Assembly (NCBI RefSeq): GCF_000284455.1
Contig: NC_017039.1
Coordinates: 1,230,001 to 1,262,000 of the forward strand
From: Synechocystis sp. PCC 6803 substr. PCC-P
GTDB taxonomy: Bacteria; Cyanobacteriota; Cyanobacteriia; Cyanobacteriales; Microcystaceae
Reading direction: 5' to 3'
DNA length: 32,000 nt
Numbering within the stretch: position 1 is the stretch's first letter; the number at the start of each line of letters is the position of its first letter. Positions 8,562-17,355 of this stretch are shown one piece after another. Below the pieces are notes generated by a model. The model had not been told where the DNA came from, searched no databases, and worked only from the letters and a program-made list of their open reading frames with translations. A program made the position numbers and the translations under genes.

Positions 8562-9284
8562 ATGTCTGACCTCCTCGTTGTTAAGGACGTATTCGCTGGC
8601 TATGTGGCTGATGTGCCCATTTTGCAGGGTATTAATTTCTCCATTGCGCCGGGGGAGTTGGTCACAGTTATCGGCCCCAACGGAGCGGGAAAGTCCACCC
8701 TAGCCAAAACTATTTTTGGCCTACTCACTCCAAGCCAGGGGGAGATTATTTTTAAAGGGGAAAATATTACCGGCCTTGGTTCTGACCAAATTGTGCGTCG
8801 GGGAATGTGCTATGTGCCCCAGGTTTGTAATGTGTTTGGCAGCCTAACAGTGGCAGAGAATTTGGATATGGGGGCCTTTCTACACCAGGGTCCTACCCAA
8901 ACCCTAAAGGACCGCATCTATACCATGTTTCCCAAATTAGCCCAACGCCGCAACCAGAGGGCTGGGACTTTATCGGGGGGAGAACGGCAAATGTTGGCCA
9001 TGGGTCGGGCTTTGATGTTAGACCCGGATTTGTTGTTGCTAGATGAACCGTCGGCGGCCCTATCCCCCATTTTGGTCAAGGATGTGTTCGCCCAAATTAA
9101 GGCCATTAATGCAACTGGTAAGGCAATTATTCTAGTGGAGCAAAATGCCAAACAGGCCTTGATGATGGCTGATCGGGGTTACGTGCTAGAAAATGGCCGG
9201 GATAAGTTGGAAGGATCGGGGCAAAGTCTACTCAATGATCCTTTGGTGGGAGAACTTTATTTGGGGGCAGCGTATCACAACTAA
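8562..9284 (+). CDS. natE: Branched-chain/neutral amino-acid ABC transporter ATP-binding protein (LivF/NatE type)
   Basis: Walker A GPNGAGKST, LSGGERQMLAMGRALMLDPDLLLLDEPSAALSP, VEQNAKQAL (LivF hallmark). Confidence 0.88.
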   Translation: MSDLLVVKDVFAGYVADVPILQGINFSIAPGELVTVIGPNGAGKSTLAKTIFGLLTPSQGEIIFKGENITGLGSDQIVRRGMCYVPQVCNVFGSLTVAENLDMGAFLHQGPTQTLKDRIYTMFPKLAQRRNQRAGTLSGGERQMLAMGRALMLDPDLLLLDEPSAALSPILVKDVFAQIKAINATGKAIILVEQNAKQALMMADRGYVLENGRDKLEGSGQSLLNDPLVGELYLGAAYHN

Positions 9285-9420
9285 ATTTTTCGAGGGCGGC
9301 GGGTTTAAGACCGGATTTTTGAATGATTGCTCAGTATCCACAAAATCTCCAAAATTTCTCAACCCCCCCTTCTAGGAATAACGATTTTTTTGCCCTGACC
9401 GATTAGTTTTTATTAATTAA

Positions 9421-10374
9421 TTGCCAATTACCTTGCGTATTCTTTCCACCACCAACGTTCTGCAGACCCCCACGGCGATCGCCTTGGGAAACTTTGATGG
9501 AGTCCATCGGGGCCATGGGGTGGTGTTGCGTCAGGTGATGGATTTTGCCCAAGCGGTGGAACATCTCTTACATCCAGCGGTGGTTAGTTTTAATCCCCAT
9601 CCCCGCAGTTTTTTCAGTGGCCGCACCCAACCTTTATTGACTCCCTTGCCAGAGAAAGCAGCGCAATTGACGGCGATCGGCATTGAACAGTTGGTCTTAT
9701 TACCCTTTACGGAAAAATTGGCCAACCTTAGCCCCAAGCAATTTGTCCAATCCATTTTAGTGGAGCAATTGCAAGCCAAATTTATCAGCGTTGGCCAGGA
9801 TTTTTGCTTTGGTCATCAACGGCGGGGCAATGTGCAGGATTTACAAAACCTTGGGCAAGAATTTGGCATCACCGTGGCGATCGCCCAATTGGAGCAAACG
9901 GACACGGAACGGATTAGTAGTTCCCGTATTCGCCGAGCCTTAAAAGAAGGCAAGTTGGCAATGGCCAATCATTTGTTGGGACGGCCCTATGCCCTCAGGG
10001 GGACGGTGGTGCAGGGACAGCAATTGGGGCGTAAATTGGGCTTTCCCACTGCTAACCTTTGTTTGCCAGCGGATAAACTCTGGCCGAAGTATGGAGTGTA
10101 TGCGGGTTGGGTCAATCTAAATGCCTTGGACGTACCCATACCAGCGGTGATTAACCTTGGCGATCGCCCCACAGTCAACGGCCAGGAACCTTCGGCGGAA
10201 GTGCATTTACTGCAGTGGTCAGGGGATTTGTATGGCCAAGGTTTAGAGGTGGCCTTGACCCACTATCTGCGCCCCGAAACAAAATTTGCCGGCTTGGACC
10301 AATTAAAAAATCAGATCGCCCAGGACTGCCAGCAGGCAGAAAAGTTACTCAATCTGGATGGGGCGATTCCTTAA
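9421..10374 (+). CDS. ribF: Bifunctional riboflavin kinase/FAD synthetase
   Basis: [67 protein letters not shown] start in track. Confidence 0.95.
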
Positions 10375-10384
10375 TGGCTTCAAT

Positions 10385-11203
10385 CTAGGCGAGGGGATCG
10401 GCACTGGGGGGAGTCGGGGGAGCAGAAAGCAAATTTCTCAGGCCCAAAGAACCAAAGGCGGCGAAGCCGATGGAAAGCATCAAACTGCTCAGTCCCACCC
10501 GTAAGCCTTGTTTAAGAGCTTGGTTAGAGGCTTGGCTTTCTACTTTTTGCCGTTGCTCCGTCACCTGGTTTTCTAAATTAGTTTTAATTTCTTCCATTTT
10601 TGACTTCAGGGCGGCAGGATCTTTAGACATTTCCCGTAAACCTTTGAGTTCGTTCACTTGGCGTTCAATATTAGCCAGCTGCTCTTGGTTGAGGGGATTA
10701 CCATTCGCTTGACCGGAGGCCAAAAGTTGCTCCCCTTCTTGGATTTGTTGTTCCAACGCCTCTGGATTTTGGGACAGGGCATCAAATTGTCTCAGGGCCC
10801 CTTCCACCTGTTCTTGCCCCTGGCCAATCTGGGTTTCCAGTCGGGCCAACTCCGCTGTCTTAATTTGGTTCACATTGGTCAAATGTATGGGGATCAACAA
10901 TAAAAAGACCAACCCCAAGGCGATCGCCAAAATATAAATCGGCATCCGCAAATCAAAGCCATTTTTAGGGGAAGCTCCGGCGGTTTTTGCCATGGTATCC
11001 ACCAAGTAACCAAGGGAAATCAACCCCATGCCCAACATCGGCACTATACCCCGGTCAACAATGCCCGTGATCGTTGTCAACTGCCACTGGGGATCAGCCA
11101 TTTGCAGAGGGAAGATGAGGCTAAAAAAATCCAGCAGGGCAATGAGGACGAAAATAACGCCAAACAACTTTAATGTCAGGGCGGTAAAGGCAGGGATGTT
11201 CAT
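10385..11203 (-). CDS. Membrane protein with long coiled-coil/Gln-Glu-rich middle; possibly HpsJ-like
   Basis: Start at MNIPAFTALTLKLFGVIFVLIALLDFFSL (ATG 11201-11203); several TM segments at both ends flanking an ETQIGQGQEQVEGALRQ... coiled coil. Family name is tentative. Confidence 0.6.
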   Translation of the reverse strand: MNIPAFTALTLKLFGVIFVLIALLDFFSLIFPLQMADPQWQLTTITGIVDRGIVPMLGMGLISLGYLVDTMAKTAGASPKNGFDLRMPIYILAIALGLVFLLLIPIHLTNVNQIKTAELARLETQIGQGQEQVEGALRQFDALSQNPEALEQQIQEGEQLLASGQANGNPLNQEQLANIERQVNELKGLREMSKDPAALKSKMEEIKTNLENQVTEQRQKVESQASNQALKQGLRVGLSSLMLSIGFAAFGSLGLRNLLSAPPTPPSADPLA

Positions 11204-11407
11204 AAATTCCAGAGAGCAACGCAATATACTATACGCCATCTTAGCTAAGCACTTTCCCCCCATGAGGCGCAATTTCAGCTTTGGGGGTGCCTCCTATCGA
11301 AAGTGCAAACAAGATCCAAGATCAAAGTTAGATGGTCTAGATTAGATTAGGCGAATTAAGCCAACGTCTGTCAAATTATCTAAATTATTTCCATTTTGCC
11401 ATTGCCC

Positions 11408-11677
11408 ATGAGCCTCCCCGCACCGGAAACTCCCCTCTATAACCATCCCCTGCCCCAATTAGAACGCTGGCTCATGGCCCTGGGTTGTCAGCAAGACCGT
11501 GGCGATCGCCATTGTTGGCTACTCCATCAAGGGGACTGGGATGCGGAACTGAGTTTGGACACAGAAGAACTTGTGATCTGCTACTTCCCCCACCAACCCC
11601 AACGCAAAGTGGTGCGGAGCTTTAAATATTCCCTCAGTCGCCAAGACGTGGAAGCTGCGGTCCTGGAAGGTCCCTAG
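11408..11677 (+). CDS. DUF3143-type cyanobacterial conserved protein
   Basis: MSLPAPETPLYNHPLPQLERWLMALGCQQDRGDRHCWLLHQGDWDAELSLDTEELVICYF...; conserved small cyanobacterial protein. Confidence 0.7.
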   Translation: MSLPAPETPLYNHPLPQLERWLMALGCQQDRGDRHCWLLHQGDWDAELSLDTEELVICYFPHQPQRKVVRSFKYSLSRQDVEAAVLEGP

Positions 11678-11713
11678 GTTAACCCCAGGGAAGATATCCT
11701 TTACCACCATCCC

Positions 11714-11830
11714 TTAAACAAAACCAGCAAAGAGCAGTAACAACCCCCAGGTAATTGTCACTGCTTCAACCAAAAACATCGTTTTGGAAATCCTGGCGAT
11801 CGCCAGTTGCGGCCATTGGGTTTGCCCCAT
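11714..11830 (-). CDS. Candidate 38-aa single-TM protein downstream of cp12
   Basis: Manual translation: MGQTQWPQLAIARISKTMFLVEAVTITWGLLLLFAGFV*. Begins 6 nt after the cp12 stop; below the length cutoff of the provided track. Confidence 0.35.
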   Translation of the reverse strand: MGQTQWPQLAIARISKTMFLVEAVTITWGLLLLFAGFV

Positions 11831-11836
11831 CAGCCC

Positions 11837-12061
11837 CTAGTCGTCGTAAATGCGGCACTCAGCAGCGTCGGGGTTTTCGTCACAGAACTTTTCCAGGGTA
11901 GTTTGGGTGGGATGTTGTTGACGTTGGTGGGCGGCTTCCGCTTCTAGCTCTTCCACCGCATCCCAGGCCGCAGCGCACTCCGCCGGAGAGGCTTCATCGG
12001 TACTGCAAACTTGTCTAGCGTTGGCTAGCTCCTGTTCGATTTTTTCTTGAATATTGCTCAT
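11837..12061 (-). CDS. cp12: Calvin cycle regulatory protein CP12
   Basis: MSNIQEKIEQELANARQVCSTDEASPAECAAAWDAVEELEAEAAHQR...EKFCDENPDAAECRIYDD: paired Cys loops, AWDxVEELxAE core and C-terminal YDD. Confidence 0.95.
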   Translation of the reverse strand: MSNIQEKIEQELANARQVCSTDEASPAECAAAWDAVEELEAEAAHQRQQHPTQTTLEKFCDENPDAAECRIYDD

Positions 12062-12345
12062 AAAGTTTAACCGCCTACGATTGTCTACAGAGAGTAAGGC
12101 TCATTCATGTTAGCGAATTTGGTTGGCTTTGGGTAGAAGGAACCACAACGGGAATATGCGGTTTTCCTCACTTTGCTGACCTCAACTTGCCCCATACGGC
12201 CCTGGGGGCCACCACCGGGGATAGTATGAAGAATTGTGAAAATGATCACAGGTTCACAACAGTTTCCTCCGGGAAAGCATGGGGTCAACTACACCGATTC
12301 CCAAGTTTAATTAAGTTTAATTTCGCTCATAGGTCAACCACTGCT

Positions 12346-13359
12346 ATGGACAAGCCACGTATCCTTTCTGGAGTTCAGCCCACCGGAAATCTGCACCTAG
12401 GCAACTATTTAGGAGCTATCCGGAGCTGGGTTGAGCAACAGCAACATTACGATAACTTTTTTTGCGTGGTGGACCTCCATGCCATCACGGTGCCCCACAA
12501 CCCCCAGACCCTAGCCCAGGACACCCTCACCATTGCGGCCTTGTACCTCGCCTGTGGCATTGACCTGCAATATTCCACCATTTTTGTCCAGTCCCATGTG
12601 GCGGCCCACAGTGAATTGGCCTGGTTGCTCAACTGCGTCACCCCCCTCAATTGGCTAGAACGGATGATTCAGTTTAAAGAAAAGGCCGTTAAACAGGGGG
12701 AAAACGTCAGCGTGGGGCTATTGGACTATCCTGTGCTCATGGCGGCGGATATTTTGCTCTACGATGCGGACAAAGTGCCCGTGGGGGAAGACCAAAAGCA
12801 ACATTTAGAGTTGACTCGCGACATTGTGATCCGCATTAACGATAAATTTGGCCGGGAAGATGCGCCGGTGTTGAAGTTGCCAGAACCCCTAATCCGGAAA
12901 GAGGGAGCAAGGGTGATGAGCTTGGCGGATGGCACAAAAAAAATGTCCAAATCCGATGAGTCGGAACTGAGTCGCATTAACCTGTTGGACCCACCGGAGA
13001 TGATTAAGAAAAAAGTTAAAAAATGTAAGACTGACCCCCAGCGAGGTTTATGGTTCGATGATCCGGAACGCCCTGAATGTCACAATTTATTGACTTTGTA
13101 CACTCTCTTGAGCAATCAAACTAAGGAAGCCGTGGCTCAGGAATGTGCCGAGATGGGTTGGGGTCAATTCAAGCCCCTGTTAACGGAAACGGCGATCGCC
13201 GCCTTGGAACCAATTCAAGCAAAATATGCAGAAATTTTGGCGGATCGGGGGGAGTTGGACCGCATCATCCAAGCGGGTAACGCAAAAGCCAGTCAAACTG
13301 CCCAACAAACCTTAGCTAGGGTGCGAGATGCCCTCGGATTTTTAGCACCGCCCTATTAG
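12346..13359 (+). CDS. trpS: Tryptophanyl-tRNA synthetase
   Basis: Start at MDKPRILSGVQPTGNLHLGNYLGAI (ATG 12346); HLGN class I motif, VPVGEDQKQHLELTRDI, KMSKS. The track start at 12187 is probably too far upstream. Confidence 0.97.
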   Translation: MDKPRILSGVQPTGNLHLGNYLGAIRSWVEQQQHYDNFFCVVDLHAITVPHNPQTLAQDTLTIAALYLACGIDLQYSTIFVQSHVAAHSELAWLLNCVTPLNWLERMIQFKEKAVKQGENVSVGLLDYPVLMAADILLYDADKVPVGEDQKQHLELTRDIVIRINDKFGREDAPVLKLPEPLIRKEGARVMSLADGTKKMSKSDESELSRINLLDPPEMIKKKVKKCKTDPQRGLWFDDPERPECHNLLTLYTLLSNQTKEAVAQECAEMGWGQFKPLLTETAIAALEPIQAKYAEILADRGELDRIIQAGNAKASQTAQQTLARVRDALGFLAPPY

Positions 13360-13509
13360 GGCCCGTCATCGGGGCACCAGGAGCCGTGTTAGGATGAAGT
13401 TTGGGATGCGCCTCCACGGCCGAATATTTCCTGTGCAAACTTCCCTTAGCACGACGACCGCAAACGGACTCAGCAGTGGTCTGTAAACTATATTTATGAG
13501 GAACAAACA

Positions 13510-13677
13510 ATGGCAAAACGTCGTAATTTAAAGAAGGAAAAAGCTGAACGTAATCGTGCTTATGCCCGTCAGTTTCGCTCCGCCAGTCGCACCCAAAACC
13601 GCCGCTATTCCGGTGGCCAAAGACAACAAGGTGACTCCAATGGCTCCAGCAATAACGGTGCCGCCAGCGACGTTTAA
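13510..13677 (+). CDS. Small highly basic protein (55 aa), hypothetical
   Basis: Manual translation: MAKRRNLKKEKAERNRAYARQFRSASRTQNRRYSGGQRQQGDSNGSSNNGAASDV*, preceded by a GAGG Shine-Dalgarno-like sequence (atGAGGaacaaacaATG). Below track cutoff. Confidence 0.8.
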   Translation: MAKRRNLKKEKAERNRAYARQFRSASRTQNRRYSGGQRQQGDSNGSSNNGAASDV

Positions 13678-13720
13678 TCTATTTTTAGCGCTCCTAAGGG
13701 TGGCTAAAACTTTGCATAAA

Positions 13721-13753
13721 AAACGGCGATCGGTGGGTTTCGGCCCGCCGTTT
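13721..13753 (+). terminator. Stem-loop, possible terminator/processing site after the 55-aa ORF
   Basis: AAACGGCG (13721-13728) pairs perfectly with CGCCGTTT (13746-13753); the following tract is only moderately T-rich. Confidence 0.4.
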
Positions 13754-13802
13754 GTTGTCTGGGGTTTTTGGAGACTGGGGCTAGTAGTAAATTTTCCTTG
13801 CC

Positions 13803-14381
13803 ATGGTTGAGTTAGACCGGAGTCGGGTAATCCATTGGCTCCAAGAAAATGTTTCCCCCCAACGGTTAGACCATATTTTGGGAGTCGAACAGACGGCGGT
13901 GCAATGGGCTCCCCTCCATAAAGTTGACCCAATCAAAGCGGGACAGGCAGGACTACTGCACGATTTAGCTAAATTTTTCCCGCCGACTAAACTATTGGTG
14001 ATCGCCAAGGAACATAATTTACCCCTCGACCCGATTTTGCAAGCCACTCCCCATTTAATCCATGCCGATGTGAGTGCGATTATTGCCGCTGAGGAATTTG
14101 GAGTTGATGATCCGGACGTTTTAAAAGCTATCCGTTGCCATACTCTGGGGGCAGTGCCCATGGACCTTTTATCCTGTTTAATTTTTGTCGCTGATGCTCT
14201 GGAACCCACTAGGGGCAATGGTTTGGAGATAGAAAAATTACGCCAGGTAGCCCAACACAATCTTTACCAAGCCGTGCGCCTTACCTGTGAGCAAACCCTG
14301 ACTTATTTAATCAAGCATCACAAAGTTATCCATCCCCAGGTGATTTTGACCCGCAATTGGGCGTTACAAATGGAAAAGTAA
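13803..14381 (+). CDS. yqeK: HD-domain hydrolase, YqeK-type (putative symmetrical Ap4A hydrolase)
   Basis: RLDHILGVEQTA, GLLHDLAKFF, HADVSAIIAAEEFGVDDPDVLKAIRCHTLG...IFVADALEPTRG; adjacent to rsfS as in many bacteria. Confidence 0.88.
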   Translation: MVELDRSRVIHWLQENVSPQRLDHILGVEQTAVQWAPLHKVDPIKAGQAGLLHDLAKFFPPTKLLVIAKEHNLPLDPILQATPHLIHADVSAIIAAEEFGVDDPDVLKAIRCHTLGAVPMDLLSCLIFVADALEPTRGNGLEIEKLRQVAQHNLYQAVRLTCEQTLTYLIKHHKVIHPQVILTRNWALQMEK

Positions 14382-14466
14382 GCACAATATTCCCAGGGGT
14401 TCTAGCTACACTAGAAAAGTAACCCTTAACCTGTCCATCGTTTTTTGGAGTTGACCGAATCCTAAT

Positions 14467-14931
14467 ATGACTGAAATTTCCCGCTTCGATGCATACCCCC
14501 CCACTTTGACCGTTAATCCCATCGTTCCCGCCGATGCCCCCGCCACTGAACATCTGGTGTGGACCATTGCCCAAGCCGCGGAAGAACGTAAAGCAGGGGA
14601 TTTAGTCATTCTCAAGGTGACGGATGTGTCCTATCTGGCGGATTATTTTGTCATCTGTACCGGATTTTCCCGCACCCAGGTCCGGGCGATCGCCGACAAC
14701 ATTGAAAAACAAGTGGAACTGGTGCACGGTCAACTGCCTACCCATACGGAAGGGAACAGTGAAAGCATTTGGGTGTTACAGGATTTTGGTGATGTTCTCG
14801 TCCATACCTTTATGCCAGAGGAACGGGAATTTTATAAGCTGGAAGCTTTTTGGGGCCATGCCCAGGAACAAACTTTAGCTGATATTGCCACTGCGATCGG
14901 TGTTGCCTACAATGCTCCTACTTCTCCTTAG
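14467..14931 (+). CDS. rsfS: Ribosomal silencing factor RsfS
   Basis: [44 protein letters not shown]...[28 protein letters not shown]. Confidence 0.95.
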
Positions 14932-14963
14932 GGTGTTTAGATCCCACACTGATCCCTGCCTAG

Positions 14964-16187
14964 TCAGGATTTGAGCAATAAGAAAGTCACCGTACCCAGG
15001 CCGGAGATCGCCAAGTAGGGCCAACGGATCAACTTCGAGGTTGGGGCCATGGCCAGGATCGTGAGTAGAAAAAGGTCGAGAAAAACTCGGCTGTAATTGA
15101 GGTAGTAATTGAGAATATAAAAGCTGGCCACCAGTAACAAACCGCCATAGAGCCAGCCGCCGTAGGCTAAGGTTCTGTTGCTTTGACGCCGGGGCAGGGT
15201 AAGCCAAATGAGTAATGCCAGACTTAGCAAGAATAACAGCCAGAGATAGGCCTCGTAGATGTTGTTACCCGTCAGTCCTGCTTGAATCAAACTCTGAAAT
15301 TTTTCCCCTATCCCCACCAATGGCCAACCGAAATTGCCGGTGCCACTGCCCCCTGGCAACTGTCGCCAACGGATATAGCCTAACCAAAGGGTCAAGGGAA
15401 TAAGGCTGAGTAATAACGCGACCATCGATCGCCATTGTTGATTTTGCACCAACGTTAGAGCAATGGCCAGCCAGATAATTAACGATGTTTCCCTGGTTAA
15501 TAACGCTAGGGCCAAGAGGATAGGCACCAGCCACCATTTTTTACTTTGATGGGGGGGAAATATTTGCTGACAGACCACTGCCCCCATACTGAAAGCACTG
15601 GCCAGTAAGTCCGCTGTGGAGAGAAATAGCACCATCCAAATCCCTGGAATGGCCAGCACTATTAAGACTCCAATGGTTTTCTGTTTTTGAGATTGAAAAT
15701 AAACAGCAGTTAAGCCTGTACAAACGGCGATCGCCAAAATATTAATCAACACCAAAGCCCAGGGAATTAACACCGGATTGCCTAAACCAAGCAGATAGCC
15801 CAGCAGAGGATAAAGAATACGGCGATAACGATAGCTGGGATGATCAAGGGCCGCAATGGAGCCGTCATTTTGTAACCCCGGATCCAGGGCAATGGTTAAA
15901 AATTGTTGGCCGTCGTAACCCAATTCCCCTTGGTAAATTAACGTTTCCGCCGGATTCAACAATGGGGACAGGGGCAGCACCGAACCAATGCGGAAAAATC
16001 CCGTGATCTGCCCGTCAAATTTTGCCCAGTAGAAATACCCCGCCACTGCGATCGCCAGCCCCAAGGCCACCAACATCGCTTTATAAATGTCTTGACAATC
16101 AGTGTTTTGAGCAATCTTTTCCACGGCGATCGGGTTGGGATGATAACAATAGAAGCCAAGATTAGGGAGTTTCCTCCATTGCTTCAC
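14964..16187 (-). CDS. Polytopic integral membrane protein, possibly glycosyltransferase-like (GT-C type)
   Basis: Multiple hydrophobic segments; LIYQGELGYDGQQFLTIALDPGLQ near the N-terminus, resembling GT-C-like membrane enzymes. Start may be internal (MLVALGLAIAV...). Confidence 0.6.
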   Translation of the reverse strand: MKQWRKLPNLGFYCYHPNPIAVEKIAQNTDCQDIYKAMLVALGLAIAVAGYFYWAKFDGQITGFFRIGSVLPLSPLLNPAETLIYQGELGYDGQQFLTIALDPGLQNDGSIAALDHPSYRYRRILYPLLGYLLGLGNPVLIPWALVLINILAIAVCTGLTAVYFQSQKQKTIGVLIVLAIPGIWMVLFLSTADLLASAFSMGAVVCQQIFPPHQSKKWWLVPILLALALLTRETSLIIWLAIALTLVQNQQWRSMVALLLSLIPLTLWLGYIRWRQLPGGSGTGNFGWPLVGIGEKFQSLIQAGLTGNNIYEAYLWLLFLLSLALLIWLTLPRRQSNRTLAYGGWLYGGLLLVASFYILNYYLNYSRVFLDLFLLTILAMAPTSKLIRWPYLAISGLGTVTFLLLKS

Positions 16188-16263
16188 AGAAGGAAAACCA
16201 AGGCCGATAGCCTCTGATGCTATGCTAGATCGAGTCTATTTTTAACAATATTTTTTAAGTTTC

Positions 16264-17226
16264 ATGACTGTTTCGACCTCTGCTCCCACAGTTCGGATAG
16301 GCTCACGGAAAAGCCAACTAGCCCTCGTGCAAACCTATTGGGTGCAGGAAGAATTGCAAAAACACTTCCCCGATCGCCAATTCGATGTCGAAACCATGGA
16401 AACCCAGGGGGATAAAATCCTCGATGTGGCCCTAGCAAAAATTGGGGATAAGGGACTATTCACCCAAGAACTTGAAGACGGCATGTTGGGAAAAAGAACC
16501 GACTTAGCTGTTCACTCCCTCAAAGATTTGCCCACTAATTTGCCAGCGGGCTTGATGCTGGGCTGCGTGACCAAACGGGTTAATCCCGCCGACGCTTTGG
16601 TTTTAAATGCTAAACACCAAGGCAAAGATTTGGCTTCCTTGCCGGAAGGGGCGGTGATTGGCACCTCTTCCCTCCGTCGTTTGGCCCAACTGCGCTACCA
16701 CTTTCCCCATTTAACCTTTAAGGATGTGCGGGGCAACGTTAATACCCGTTTGGCCAAATTGGATAGTAATGAGTACGATGCCATCATTCTGGCCGCCGCT
16801 GGTTTGGAACGGTTAGACATGGCCAATCGCATTGACCAACTAATTCCCCCGGAAATTTCTCTCCATGCTGTGGGTCAAGGGGCTTTGGGCATCGAGTGTC
16901 GTGAAGGCGATCAAGAAATTCTCAGCCTGTTGAAAGTGTTGGAAGACGAAAATAGCCGGGATCGTTGCTTAGCGGAACGGGCCTTTTTGCGCCAACTAGA
17001 AGGGGGGTGCCAAGTGCCTATCGGTGTTAATACCCATTTAGATGGCGACAATTTAACCCTTACCGGCATGGTGGCCAGTTTGGATGGCCAAAGGTTAATT
17101 AAAGATACCCTCAGCGCTCCCCGGAAAGAAGCGGAAAAATTGGGTCAGGATCTTGCCCTCAAACTCCGGGAACAGGGAGCAGGGGAAATCCTAGCGGAAA
17201 TCTTAGCGGAAGCTGGCCGGGGATAA
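16264..17226 (+). CDS. hemC: Porphobilinogen deaminase (hydroxymethylbilane synthase)
   Basis: [65 protein letters not shown]. Confidence 0.98.
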
Positions 17227-17355
17227 ACTGTCCGGTTCTAAGCGGAGGCTGGATTTGGCATCCGGACGTGCAAAGTTGCCTGTTTCGAGTTGAAAGAGAT
17301 AATCTGGCCTTGATGGGGGAAACAGCTTCACTCATATCTTCCCCGGTCAAGAACT

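Noticed and set aside
12085-12288. 67-aa minus-strand ORF upstream of trpS
   Set aside because: No recognisable features and lies in the intergenic region between cp12 and trpS; probably chance.
13316-13932. ORFs 13316-13516 (minus) and 13528-13932 (minus)
   Set aside because: The second overlaps the well-supported basic small ORF and 5' yqeK in antisense. The 84-aa plus-strand companion (13556-13810) is simply another frame. None has family signatures.
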